Assembly: GCA_016748015.1 (NCBI GenBank)
Contig: JAAOMT010000563.1
Span: forward strand, 248,001 to 312,000
Direction of reading: 5' to 3'
From: Geosiphon pyriformis uo1
Lineage: Eukaryota > Fungi > Glomeromycota
DNA length: 64,000 nucleotides
Under the pieces are notes generated by a model, which saw only the letters and a list, made by a program, of their open reading frames with translations, was not told the DNA's origin and ran no database searches. This document shows, one piece after another, positions 50,637 through 63,200 of the stretch. Position numbers and translations under genes: made by a program. Position 1 is the first letter of the stretch, and the number at the start of each line of letters is the position of its first letter.

Positions 50637-51927
50637 TTACCTTTTTGCGAATGTCACCTTCATCTCTTTATCGTGCGTGATTTTAAATCCATTGAGAACA
50701 TCTTTAGCCACAGCTGCTTGATGATCTGTTTCATATTCCACAAATGCAATATCTGATTTCCCCGGTACTAGGCGTACTTCTTTAAAACCAGGATACCTAT
50801 TAAAATAGGAAATCTTTGTTAAAGAACCGAAGAAATAAGGCAAATCAGAAGAAAATCAATCCCATACTGTTGAAACAAATAACTAAGCATTTCGTCAGTG
50901 ACATCGGGCGGCAGATTCATTATGTATAAAATTCGATTGAGCGGTTCTTGCTCCCCTCTGAATTCCACGCCCGCTTCATCATCTTCTTCCATTTGCTCTA
51001 ATCAATAAGTTGGGAAATAAAGAGGATGAATTTTATATTCTTATTAATTTTAATGAATTACAATATCCAGGTCGAATGTTACCCGACTCAGGGGAAGCAA
51101 TCTCTGGCAGCTTCTGATTTCCATTTGCTTTTTGTCGTTCTGGAATAATAATAATAAGATAACATTAATTATGAATTCCATTCAAATTTAATTTAATGAA
51201 ATTCATGAAAAATTCTAGACCATCATCTTCTCGCCCTCTTTTTGATGTTGAAGCGCTTGTTGTGGACGATGAAGGGTGCCCGGAACGGTCGGTTGAACTA
51301 ATGGTTGGTTTTTTCCAAGTTCCATCAAGCTTTGCTATGGCGTCTGATTTACTTTTTGCATACTCTATATTCTTTCCAAAAAATCCATTGATTTACAAAA
51401 CAATAAAATTTATAAAGACAAAGAAATGTCAGCTTCGCTCAATGATGACAAGAAATAAATTTGATTTTCACTCGAATCATATTAATCCTCATTGGTATGT
51501 AAATTAAACTTATATTATTTCTAGTTGGGCCGTCATTTTCAAGTTAATAAAGTTCGAAATCGCAAAGATATCTATAAATCAAACTACTCACCATGGGTTT
51601 GTCATAAAACATGAAGCCATTCAAGCCTCGCATAGCAGCTGTTGCGCTCTGGATTTCTTTGAACACAATGAATGCTTGGCCTCGCAAGCGTATCGTTTTA
51701 AGTGCAACAACGTCCAAAATTCGTCCATACGCGGAGAATAGCGCGTATAGTGAACGTTTCAGTTCTGGCACCGAACAATAAGTCCCATATATTCAAAGAA
51801 GGGGTGAGTGAGTCAACAAGTTAGCTGAAGAAGAGAGTGAAATAATACACAGCATACCATCTTTGGGGGTTTTTTCGTTTAGATTCCTAACATAAAGCGT
51901 AGGATTTGGTGGTATACTGCTGGACAT
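50637..51927 (-). CDS. U1 snRNP A / U2 B'' (SNF family) two-RRM protein
   Basis: [54 protein letters not shown]. Confidence 0.93.
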
Positions 51928-52219
51928 TTTTTTAATATTGATGTGGAATTCCCAGCAATCTAATTTTACGTGAATTTGGTATGTAGATCCGCTTTTTGAT
52001 CTGCACCTAAAAAATGATGTAACACTGACCAATTCACACTTAATATTTTAGCCTTATGCAAAAATGAAAAACATAAATTGTAATAACATTTATTTTAAAA
52101 TTCGGACAATTAATGTTGGTTTATTTAAGCTATAAAAAATATATTTTGTCATATTTTTAGACAATATTCAAAAAATTTTAAATGCTGTTATTAAAAAACA
52201 TTATAATCATAGTAAATTT

Positions 52220-52840
52220 TTATTATTATTATTATTAATTTAACGAATGCGGCCCAACCACTGCCTATTACAATACAATTATATAAGATTCCAAAATAAG
52301 CGTGGCTCATGCATTTTCTACACGTGACCAGCCACTCGAGCCAGACAAGACGACACTACAAGACACTAGAATTAAAGGATAATTAGCATCAAAATTGATT
52401 AAAATCTCTTAATTAAAGCCCAACTTATGAATGTCCTTATCAGAGCCACTATATGATAGGTTACCATTATCAAAAAACACTATATCATCCACTAATAACA
52501 GATTATTGGCCTCATAAAACCATCTTAAAGCAATATTAAATACCTAAATGTTTAATTTATATTAAATTACAAAATCTTGTACAAAACTAATAATTTTTAC
52601 ATCAGTCTTTAACTTATTTTTAAACACTTCAAAAGCTTCCAAAAACCAATTTTTCAAACCAAAATTTTTAATAACAGTTATATATAAACAGCTATTAGAA
52701 TTTATCTTATATAACAAATAAATAATCATAGAATTTATAATCAACTGGTTAAATAAATCATGTTATTTGTTAATAGCAACAATAATAATTTTTTTTTTTC
52801 AACAAAGTTTGAAACACATGTAAAAATATGATCAAAATTT
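52220..52840 (-). mobile_element. 5'-truncated LINE remnant (ORF2 C-terminus + 3' tail + (TAA)n)
   Basis: KNWFLEAFEVFK...KIISFVQDF matches NNWYRESVSVFK...KIVDFVREF of the LINE; tail GGCTCGAGTGGCTGGTCACGTGTAGAAAATGCATGA. Confidence 0.75.
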
Positions 52841-53301
52841 TTTATTAGACTATATTATATATAGATAAAACTTAAATAAAATGTATTATAAAATTTTTTT
52901 TTAACATAATTATAATTAGTTAACTTATTTTGCATATGTTTATTTAGATATTAAATTATAATTGTATATAATAAATTAAAGTTATATGTTAAAGATACAT
53001 TTACAAATTTTTCAACATATTTGATTTTTTATTGTTATTAACAAAAATTTAAATTATTAATTAGCATAAAATTATTTTTATAATTTTTATTATTAATTAA
53101 CATATATTATTATTTTAATTTATTATTTAAAGAATACACATATATCATATACCAATTATAATTAAAAATAAAAGCTTTTTCTCTCATTGATCCCCTGACC
53201 ATAGCGAGAGCAAGAAGTAAATTGATAGAATAGCTTTCTTCTTTTCTTTTTTCCCCTTTCGTCTTAAAGTTATTTCTCTCAGTACATCCCTTTTTGTTAA
53301 T

Positions 53302-55235
53302 ATGGAACTGACAGGCTCTTCTGCTGGTGGTTCAGGCTCTGTTTTGGTGGGTTTGGGGACCCGTTCTGGTGTTAAATCTAAACACTTGGCGAGTGCTTAC
53401 TCGCATGGTGCATCCTACAAGAAACCTAAGAAGCCTGTTGCTGTTGGCAGTATAATTAATATGTCTGCTGGCTCTCTCAGCTTGGAAGATTTGGGTGAAG
53501 CTGGTGCCAAATCTGCGGTGTCCTGGGGTAGCAATGTCGGTAGTGTAGCAAGCAGTGTGAGTGGTCTTTCGGATGCAGAAAATATGATGAACTTGGTTAC
53601 CAAAGAAATGAGCTATGCAGATCTGGTGAAAACAATAACATGGACGAAGCTACGCCAAGGAAAACATACACCAGAACGTATGCTCTGGACAACCCAATGA
53701 AGCAACCCCTTTTCGACAATGTGAGTGATGACGATAGTGCGCTGGAGCTCCCTTCTTGCTTGCTTAGTGGTTCTAATCAATTGTTGCCACTTGTGTTATG
53801 TGCCCCAGAGAAATGAAGCTTTGATTCGACAAAATCTTTTGCTCTTAATATTGAACTTTCTGCCGTTTCTGGCAAAACCAATAATAATAAATTGATTAGT
53901 TTGAAAAAAAATTTTTATCGCATTGATGGATTTGGGGAAGCCTCAACTCCCTCAAAGTTCCCAGGGATCATCAGATCCTCTTTTACATCTGAAATTAGTT
54001 TGAATAAGGCTAGGGAAATGGCAATTGGTAAGAAAATTTTAGTCAATGATAATCTGAGAAAAATGGATGTCCATTCAGATCAGGAAGTGATAGTCAAAGA
54101 GATCCCAGTGGATCTTCCCAGATTGGCAGTGGAGTCAGTCTTTTCCAAATTTGGCAAGATTGTTTCAATCAAAATACAGCTGGTTGGTTTCTGGCAAAAG
54201 GCCCTAGTTGAATTTGAGTCATCTGAAATAGCTAGTCTGGTTGTTTCCAAATAGTCAGTTCTCATGGAAAAAGATTCGGTGCGTATGGCTTTGGCAGTCA
54301 GTAATAAACAAATGTGGGTATCAAAAGATCAGCATCAGGCTTTGCTTTATACTCTTCCGGTTGGCACCAATGCCCATGACCTTTCCAGTTTGTTGGAATC
54401 ATACAGTGAGAAGACTTGTTTCATTGGCCATAATCCTAATTCATATGTTCGTGATAGATGTGCTGTAATTTGTTTTGGTGATGAGGCATCCAAGTTGGCT
54501 GCTATTGGTACCGTTCCAGTTTTCAAGGGTGTGAGTTTGTGTTGGGCTGGTCTTTCTTTGGCTAGTTGCACTTGTTGTAAATAATTCAGTCATGTTACGG
54601 TCAACTGTTCCTTGGGTGAGTATTCTGGTGTTTGTGGGAAGAGGGTGGTTTCTGAGCAAGATTGGATTTGTTTAGCTGGAATATATAAGAAAAAGTCGGC
54701 TCCTATTGCTCGTCCAGTTTCATTTGGTAGTAAAACATGGGCCCAAGTTGCTGGTGGCTCTCCTTCTCATGTGATTTCCTCTGGTTTGGTTGGTGCTGGT
54801 TTGTATTCTGGTTTGGTTCCTTCTTCAATGATGACTGACTCTCCTACTGTTTCTCATTTAAATAACCAGCTGGCAATTTTGGAGCTTTTGACTGACTGTG
54901 TTTCTGGCATTTTGGTTCGACTGGAATTCATTGATTTGGTTCCTGTGGCGATCCCATCTCTGAGCCTTCTTCCTGCTGTTTCTGAAACTTTGACTTCTAA
55001 TGTGAATTCTGATATAATTATGAATACTGCTTTGGTCTCATCTGGTACTCCTCTATCTGTCGTTCATAATGTTGTTGTTAAGCTTAGCTCTAGTAGTTCC
55101 AAAGTCCTCACTGCCAAAGCGGGTGGTTTGGAAACAAAATTGATTGCTTTGGAGGCCTTGGTTGGTTCAGTTTTGGATAAGTTAAATATTTTGTGCTCTG
55201 GTTCGGGTTTGTCAGTTCCCCTGTCTTCTCAATGA
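53302..55235 (+). pseudogene. LINE ORF1 (RRM-like domains, CCHC knuckle, coiled coil)
   Basis: VIVKEIPVDL..ESVFSKFGKI..ALVEF; ALLYTLPVGT..TCFI; CTCCK*FSHVTVNC; stops and a frameshift. Confidence 0.85.
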
Positions 55236-55970
55236 CTCACTTAATTTGGAAAATTGCCACATGTAATGTCAGAGATATGAACAATTGTGTGAAGCAGACA
55301 TTATATGTTGGCATAAAAATATGAACAATCTGGTCTCCATTGTTATTGAGACAAAGTTAAAAGGCATGATTTGTCTGTGGATCACTGATAAGTTCGATGG
55401 TGTTCGTGTTTTTACTTCTGGTCTGGATTCTGGTCACATGGGTTCTGGTGTTGCAATAATTATGGACTCTTTTTTAGCAAAGTATGTGTGCAAGATTTCG
55501 GAGATACCTGGTCGGCTGTTGTCATTAAGGCTGCTCTTTGGAAATAAACTTTCTGTGTCTATTCTGGGGCTGTATGCTGGTGCATCTTCGGTGGTGCGGT
55601 TTTCTTAGGCTGATGAGATCAACTTTCTTATTGCGAAGGCTGTTAACAAATTTTTTTTCATCATTCTCAGGGGTGATTTTAATGAAGACGGTTCTCATAA
55701 AAGTGCGAGTTTCAAAAAATGCTTTGATTTGGGTCTGGTCAATTCTTTAGTCAGTAGTCCAACTGCGAAAATGTCCACTTGGGAAAATTTTAGGGGTGTT
55801 AAAAAAACAATTGATTACATGTTTGTCTCCCTGAATCTGGTCAATGTGATAGCAAATCATAGGATTTTAAATATCAGTGAGCATTTTGACACGGACCATT
55901 AAGCTGTTTCAGTGTCTTTGGGTTTGGGTGGACTTTTGGATATGCACTTGAATTCTCTTTGCACCCAAGT
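55232..55970 (+). pseudogene. LINE ORF2, APE endonuclease domain
   Basis: ATG overlaps the ORF1 TGA (ATGA); KIATCNVR, ETKL, GDFN, IDYMFVS, TDH. Confidence 0.88.
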
Positions 55971-58900
55971 AAATAAAGATCATTGGAAGTTTGACATCAA
56001 GAATGCCAATAAAGCTAGATGGTTGGAGTTCAAAGATGCTTCGGCTACTAATGCCTTTATGTTCTCGGATGCTTTTGGTGTGGCAGTAAGGTTTTCAAAT
56101 ATGGACGCTATGTGGGACATTGTTCACAAGATCATGGTTCTTTCAGTGGGTGGTACATTTAAGAAAAAATGGTTTAAAGGTTTTGATGATGTGTTTACCA
56201 AGACTTCCTCCAGGTTTTACAAGCTGGAGCTGCTGGTTTCTAAGTTGGTTAAGACTTTGTGTTTGGATTCTAGTGATGGTTTTGCTTCTTTGTTGGAAGT
56301 GTGGCACAGACTCGACTCTCCTGGTGCATCAGTGGTTAGGTCTCTGTTTTTTTTAGGTTCTAATTTTGAGCTTATTTGTTTTGCACTGGCCAAAGCAAGG
56401 AAATTGTACTGCTCTTCCAAATTATTGGAATCCAAGTGCACTGAAGAGTCCTCAATCAAGCAGGCTATTGATAAGAGAATGGAAAGTTTTGAGCTGAATA
56501 AGAGTCACACCATTAGAAGCATTTTGGAACGTCTTTTTCACAAGGTGGTCCTGAATTATCTGGTTGTAGAAGATGAGTTGGTTTTAGAGCCTGATTTGGT
56601 TAAATCTAAGATGGACAAAATTATGGAGGGATGGACCAGAAAGCATAAGATGATATCTGACATCTTTGAGGATTGAGCCCACCAATATTGGCCTCTGAAT
56701 TATGTGTTCGATGGTGCTTTCTCTGATGTCATGTGTTCGATTAGTTTAGATGAATTGTTGACTATTGTCAAGGATCTTCCTGATGGAAAGGCAGCTGGTC
56801 TTTCTGGTATCTCCAACAAATTGTGGAGACATTGTGACAAATCGGTTTTGGATATGCTTTTAGTGCTTTTGAATTTCTGTTTGGTTGGTGAATCAGTTCC
56901 TGGGCCATGGAAAGAAGCTTGGGTTTCAATGATTCCTAAACCATATGAATGGGAAGGAGTTCTCACAAACATCCGTCCTATAGTTTTAATTGAAACGGTC
57001 TGCAAAATTCTTTCCAAGATCCTTTCAGATAGAATTTCATTGGCTTGCAGCACTTTTGAAGTCTTCATGGAGATAATTTTTCTGTTTTGAAAGATACAAT
57101 GATGCAATCTCTCATTTTTGCTATCAGTTCTGTGGTTAAAGATGTCTTGGAGAAGAACCGTGAACTTTGGCTGGTTTTACAAGACATGCACAAAGCTTAT
57201 GACTCAGTTGGTTGGGAACATCTTAGGAGGAGTCTGGTCAGGATCAAGATGTGTCACAGGTTTATTAGATTTTTTGGCAGTATTCACAATAGTCACGTCA
57301 ACAAGGTGATGACTAACTTTGGCTTGACTAATGGGTATTGTGTCCACGATGGGCTGGATCAGGGAGAAGTTTTCTCACCTCTTCTCTGGTGTATTTTTTA
57401 TGATTCACTTTTGTGCGAGGTCAAAAGACAGGAGAGTGTGTGTGGCTACAGATTGAATTCTTATTTTATTTCTAAAACTGGTCGAGTAGATCCTCAAGCT
57501 AGACTGACTTTCTTTCTCACTGCTGGTGCTTTCGTCGATGATACTATTTGGGTTGGTAGCAGCCAGGCTGCTACTCAATACATCCTTAATGTTGCTAGTG
57601 AATTTTTCAGGTTCAATGATATTTCTATAAATAATGACAAGACGATTGCCATCCCTATCAACTGCTGAGTGATGGACTTATGTTTAACTATTAGTGGCAC
57701 ACCCATTTTCATTGCCAAGAAGAGGGAATCTCATTGCTATCTGGATATCTTTTTGTCTTCTGAGGGTCTTTTGAAGCCTAGCTTGGCTAAAGCTCAGGCA
57801 GATGTGTGATTTTTTGTGAATCTTGTTTTAAGGAAGGTGGTTTTGGACAAACAGTGTGCATATTTGTTGTCTGCAGTTCTTTTCTTTATCATCAGTTACA
57901 GGACTCAGTTCAGTTTTGTTTCTGTTGGTGTTTGTAATAAATAGGATGCTCTGGTACACAAGATCTTGAAGTCTAAGTCTGGGTTGCCATGTGATTTCCC
58001 CAGTGATGCACTTCATTACCCCTCTTTGTACAATTTAAAGACTTTCGAACAAATCCAGGCTGAGAGTAAATCGGCCTCTATTGTTGCTTTTGTGAATTCT
58101 ACTGGTGTCTTGTGTCACTTGTTCTCTCATAGGTCTCATGACCTCCAGGTTCTCAGCTGGCATTCTCATCATCTTTTGCTGTTTCTGGCTCACGTTGGTG
58201 TCAGTCCCTCGAATAATTTTTTGGCAGGTGTGGTTCATATTTTTTCTGAATATGATTTGTCTTTGGGTGGCTCTCTGACTTGTGTTTTTCGCCATCGGGA
58301 TGGTACTTCTATGTCTCTGGTTCTTAGTGAACACTATTTTTTCAAGTGTGTCTCTTCACTCAGGCATTATGGGATTGCTTTTGTGGAACAACTTTGTGAC
58401 TGTAGTGAGGATGTTTTCAGTTGGGAAACCTTCAAGCATTGGAAGAGGCTAGACCATTGTGGCCCAGTCCCTTTGTGGTTTGATTTCTCTGTTCAATTTC
58501 TCAGTAGTGTTGTTCCTCCTTTTATTTGTCCCTCTTTTGTAAAGGATCATGCTGGTTTTGATGTTCGCCTGTCTCATGGTTTTGATGTGGTTTGTGATAC
58601 TCTGCTGACCATCAATACTGCTCATCTGTTTGTGTATATGGATGGGTCTCTAAGTGGTCTGGGCACTGTTGATGTGAAAACAGGTGCAGCCACTTTCTTT
58701 GAGGACATTAACTTGGGTTTGGGTGTTGGGGTGTCTGGTTTGGTTTTTTCTACTCTGACAGAATTGCAGGCAATTGCTTTGGTTCTTGAGTGTGTTCTCT
58801 CTTTTCGGTCAGTTGACTTGTTTTTGGACAGCCAAGCTGCTGTGGATGCATACAAGTCGGAGTTTTTGTTGGTTTATCCAGATTTTAGGAACCATTGTTG

Positions 58901-59915
58901 GATTGAACACTGTCATATAGCTAATGTTATTTGTTGTAAGAATTTGGAAGTGAATTGGATTAAAGTTAGGGGTCATTCAGGCATCCCAGACAATGAACAT
59001 GCTAATGCACTTGCTAAGGAGGCTGCTTTTTCTGCTTGGCGCCTGCCTTATTTGGTCAGCAAACGTTTTCTGAAGGTGGGTGGTACTACGGTTTTTGGTA
59101 ATTCTAGACACTTTGTTCATGATGTTTTCTGTTTGGTTCATCATGCTTGCTGGGAAGTTGGGTCTGGCTCTTGAGTTGTGGCAAATGGTTTGCATGCTAA
59201 TATTAATTAGTCCAAGTCTTCCCTGGTGTGGCACCCCGATTCTCACTTGGCTGCTGGTTTCACTAGTGCGCATATGGCTGGCTTTTGGACTTACTTTATG
59301 AAGGCCCTTCATCGTCGGCTCCCAATTGCTGTGCATAAGCATTAGTATGATAGGGGGTACTCCAGTGTAGTGTGTTTGTATTGTGGTAATGTTGAGATCT
59401 CGGATCATGTCTTTTCTTGTTCTCATGACGCCACTGGTCATGCCCAATTGTTGGACGTTTATGTTTTGGCTTGGGTGGCTCTTTCTGGTCTGTCTCGGTT
59501 TTCTTCGTGTGTCTCGCAGCTGTTGGATTCCTGTGTTTCCAAGGTTGGAGTTGTTGCTGCTCTGTATAAGAGCTTTGTTTTCAACAATTGGTATCGTGAA
59601 TCTGTCTCGGTTTTCAAGGATTCTGAGATTGGGGCTAGTAAAATTGTGGATTTTGTACGTGAGTTCTGTCTTGTGTTTCGAGATGACATTTGGTTGGTCT
59701 GTGTCAGGCACCGGACATTTATGAAAAAGCATGGTTTGATTCCATGTGACGGCTCCACTCCCACTTCAGTTTTTGGTTTGTCTATGGTTTTTTCAGCTGG
59801 TGTAGTTAGATTGCTAGATGTGGCTGAGACTTTTGGAGTTGGTTTCGGGTTTTGTAAGTTTTGTTCATTTTTTTCAGGTATTGGAGATTTGGTTTCTGTG
59901 TGTATAGGTGTATAG
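55971..59915 (+). pseudogene. LINE ORF2, RT - RNase H - CCHC
   Basis: GKAAGLSG, IRPIVLIET, QDMHKAYDSV, GLDQGEVFSPLLW, FVDD; VYMDGS, ELQAI, DSQAA, WIKVRGHSG..NEHAN; CLYCGNVEISDHVFSC. Confidence 0.92.
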
Positions 59916-60249
59916 TGTAGTCCTGACTGGCCCGAATGGCTGGTTACATGTAGAAAGCACATGATTCACTTCTAGTTTAGATCATTTGTATAATGTAAGG
60001 CACTAGGTTGCATTTGAACCTCACTCATTAAAATAAAATAAAATAAAAATATATCATATCATTATAATAAAAAAAGAGAAAAAAATTTCAAAATTTTATG
60101 TTTTATATAATTTTATATAATATGTGATTTTGGATTTTTATTAACCAATTAAAATATTAAAATATTAAAATCTTATAATTTTTAATAATATATAATTTAT
60201 TAGTCAATTAAAATATAAAAATATAATCTAATTTATATATCAAATTATA

Positions 60250-63200
60250 ATTTTTATTATTATTATTGCTTAACGAGTATAGCTCAAAAGCTATCTAGTA
60301 CTATACATTATACTAAATGATCTAAACTAGGTGCTAATTATGTGTTTTCTACATGTGACTAGTCACTTGGACTAATTAAGAACACTGTTATCGGAAGATT
60401 TTTATACTTTTCAATGCAAAAATTACAATACATACAATAGAAATTAACATCAAAATCATGTGAAAAAGGTCTACATTATCACACTTAATCAACAAATCAA
60501 CTGGCAATCTGAAAATAAATGATCAGTAATCAATCCAATTACAACAAAAAAATATGGCACAATCCAACAGTTTAACTAAGTTGAATACAAAAAAATCTTG
60601 GCAAACTAAGAAACACCAATGGAAATGAATGATTGATGCATGTAATCAAATAACAACAGGTTTTGTTATGCTCCAAAATTCTCATACGCCCTTATTGGAA
60701 CAATCTAACATTCCAGATCTGCGATCAATAGTTAAAAATAGTTACTAAGAAATGTAATCAATTGATCTACTTCTGATTATGTTGATCATAATCACAATTA
60801 GTATCATTGATTTACAATCAATGTTCTAAATCCAGCCATCTAAAATCTGATCATCTAAATTACTAGCTCTTGGATAAATAACAGGTCAAGTAAGCTCATG
60901 ATGAATTGATTAATTAAATGTATATAAATAATTGATGTATTTTAAATAGTTATAATATAGTATGTAGATTTGATGTAATTTAGCTATATATACAGCTCCT
61001 CTGTCAGCTCAGGAAAATATCAGTTCAATACTGAGCCAACTCTTTGCTATAGTTTTATAGTAAGCAGTTAGTCTTTTTTTCTATCCTTACACTCTTTTTT
61101 CTTTTTTCTATGCTCTAAATACTTGTCATTACAATCTCAAGTATGTCTTTTCATATTCCTTATCACTATTCGGAATTACATTGTTTATAATCTTTTACTT
61201 ACTTGTTATCATTATTTCAAGTTGTTCTATTACTTCCGATCTTTCAAATTATGTGTTATCACTATTTCATATTAAGTCTTGTTTTACTGAACAAGTTGTT
61301 AAAATATTAAAATAAGTAATAAAGTATTATGTTATTAGAGAGTGGTCTCAACAATAAAAAGTTTAAGCAAAATCTATTTCAGTTATGTTTTACTTTTACA
61401 ATCTTTTTATAATTCCTATAATTTTGTTTTCAAAGCAGGCATTTGAACACTACACCCTTTTGACAACTAATTGAAAGAATTCTGGTTATAATTTTATTAA
61501 GTAGTTTTGGTTTTTTCTTGTTGCTGATTGCACTTTTGATACATATAAAGAGATATGACTTCTCTTTTCCCTTTTTTAAATACTTAAGACTAGTTCTTAT
61601 CCAAAAACAAATAATAATGACAATACTTTTTTTTACTTTTAATGACCTTATCATGTACCTTTTTTGCTTTCCCATCTACTGAAACAGTCCATACACCCAT
61701 AATATGCTATAGTCAGTAGCATAATCATGGTAATGTGTGTTCCAGATGAAAATTATTGTCATTGCTAAGAAGTTACAAATCCGTAGCTTTCACCTGGTAA
61801 CAACACACTATATTAAAGTCTTAGAAGAAAACTTATCCAAAGAAGACATCTTTTGAACAATACTAAACAGAGTAACATTATTAAGAACCAACCCAACCAG
61901 CCATTCAGCTGTTTTTAAGAAATCAGTTTTGATATGAACAGGCTCATAAGTCCAAAGAGATATCAAATTAAAAAATGTATCATTATTTACACCAATCAGA
62001 TGTTCCAAATCACCAGACATATCAATATCTTCTATATAGTACTCTTTTTTCAAAGAGATTACCTCTCTTCCCAGCTTATTAACAGTTCTACTAAAGGAAC
62101 TCATATGCACCAAAACTTTATTGATCCTAAGACCAAAAACACTACTTGAAACCAAATTACCATTAATAAATTGTTTAAAAGTTGCAATCAAAGAGTCAAT
62201 AGGCTTAACAATAGACTCAACTAAAGCAGAAAGCTTAGTTAAATCAAATTTCAAAGAAGACAATCAGGACAGCACCAAAAAATCACTAACAACAACTAGA
62301 AAAAAGGCAGGAGATAACAGAAGTAAAAATCTAGAGAAGCTTAAGAAAGCGGAAGTCTTGGCATAAGACTTAGGACCAACAAAGTGTAATGTGAACATCT
62401 TAGAAGGCTTGAGAGGAAAAGGTGGAGAAATCTTACAGTCTGCTGCCAAATGGCCCAACTTTTAATACTTAAAACAATGCTAACAACCAGAAGTTTTCCA
62501 CCAAATATGGCACTTTTTTAGTGTACCAGTTTTGACAACAGCAGAATTCAAATTAGCTTGGAAACCAAATGTAATCAGAGCAAACTGGAAACAATGACCA
62601 GACTTAAAAAACCAAAGAATAAAACATGTCTGACTACCAACTTGAGAAACCATATTACTAATTTCAAAAACTGTACATCCAGAAAGAAGATTGACTAACT
62701 TGGCCTTAAATCTATTATAAGACAAAATAGTCTTATTTTAATTTACCAAAAGAAGGATTCTAACACTATTCTTGCCTACCAAGACTGACCAATAATTCAA
62801 AACAGACACAGCAAAATCCAACTTTTCAAAATAAACCACCACATACTGCCAAATGCCAGCAGACTTCAGTACAACATGAGTGATACTATCAAACACACTA
62901 AGAGCTGTCTTAATATTAGTAGCAGACACACCCAAGAGCACATTATGCAGCACAACAATAGCAGAAGAAGAATCAAACTCAGAAATCACCAAAAACTTGG
63001 CAATTTTAAGGGTGGCCAAATGTACAGAGCTTGTAAGCTCAACCAAAAATGCAGCTTCCAAAGACACTTGAGAAGCAAACTCTACACAAAACAGCTTCAC
63101 ATTGTCTTTTAATACTAACTTTGCACCCAAGAAACCATGTATTGACTGAAAAACAGTCTTAACATAAGCCAATTTGATCTTAAAAGTAGCATCAGACACC

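Larger units (their letters stand above)
53175..60050 (+). mobile_element. Full-length decayed LINE with RNase H
   Basis: ORF1 + ORF2, 3' tail and (TAAAA)n. Degenerate ~30-bp TSD ATATCATAT..ATTATAAT.AAAAA at ~53142-53172 and ~60051-60076. Confidence 0.92.

Noticed and set aside
58977-59962. Long antisense ORFs (251 aa, 167 aa) over the LINE, and similar shadows over ORF1-only copies (28119-28634, 63435-63977)
   Set aside because: Shadows of coding strands with biased composition; no motifs.
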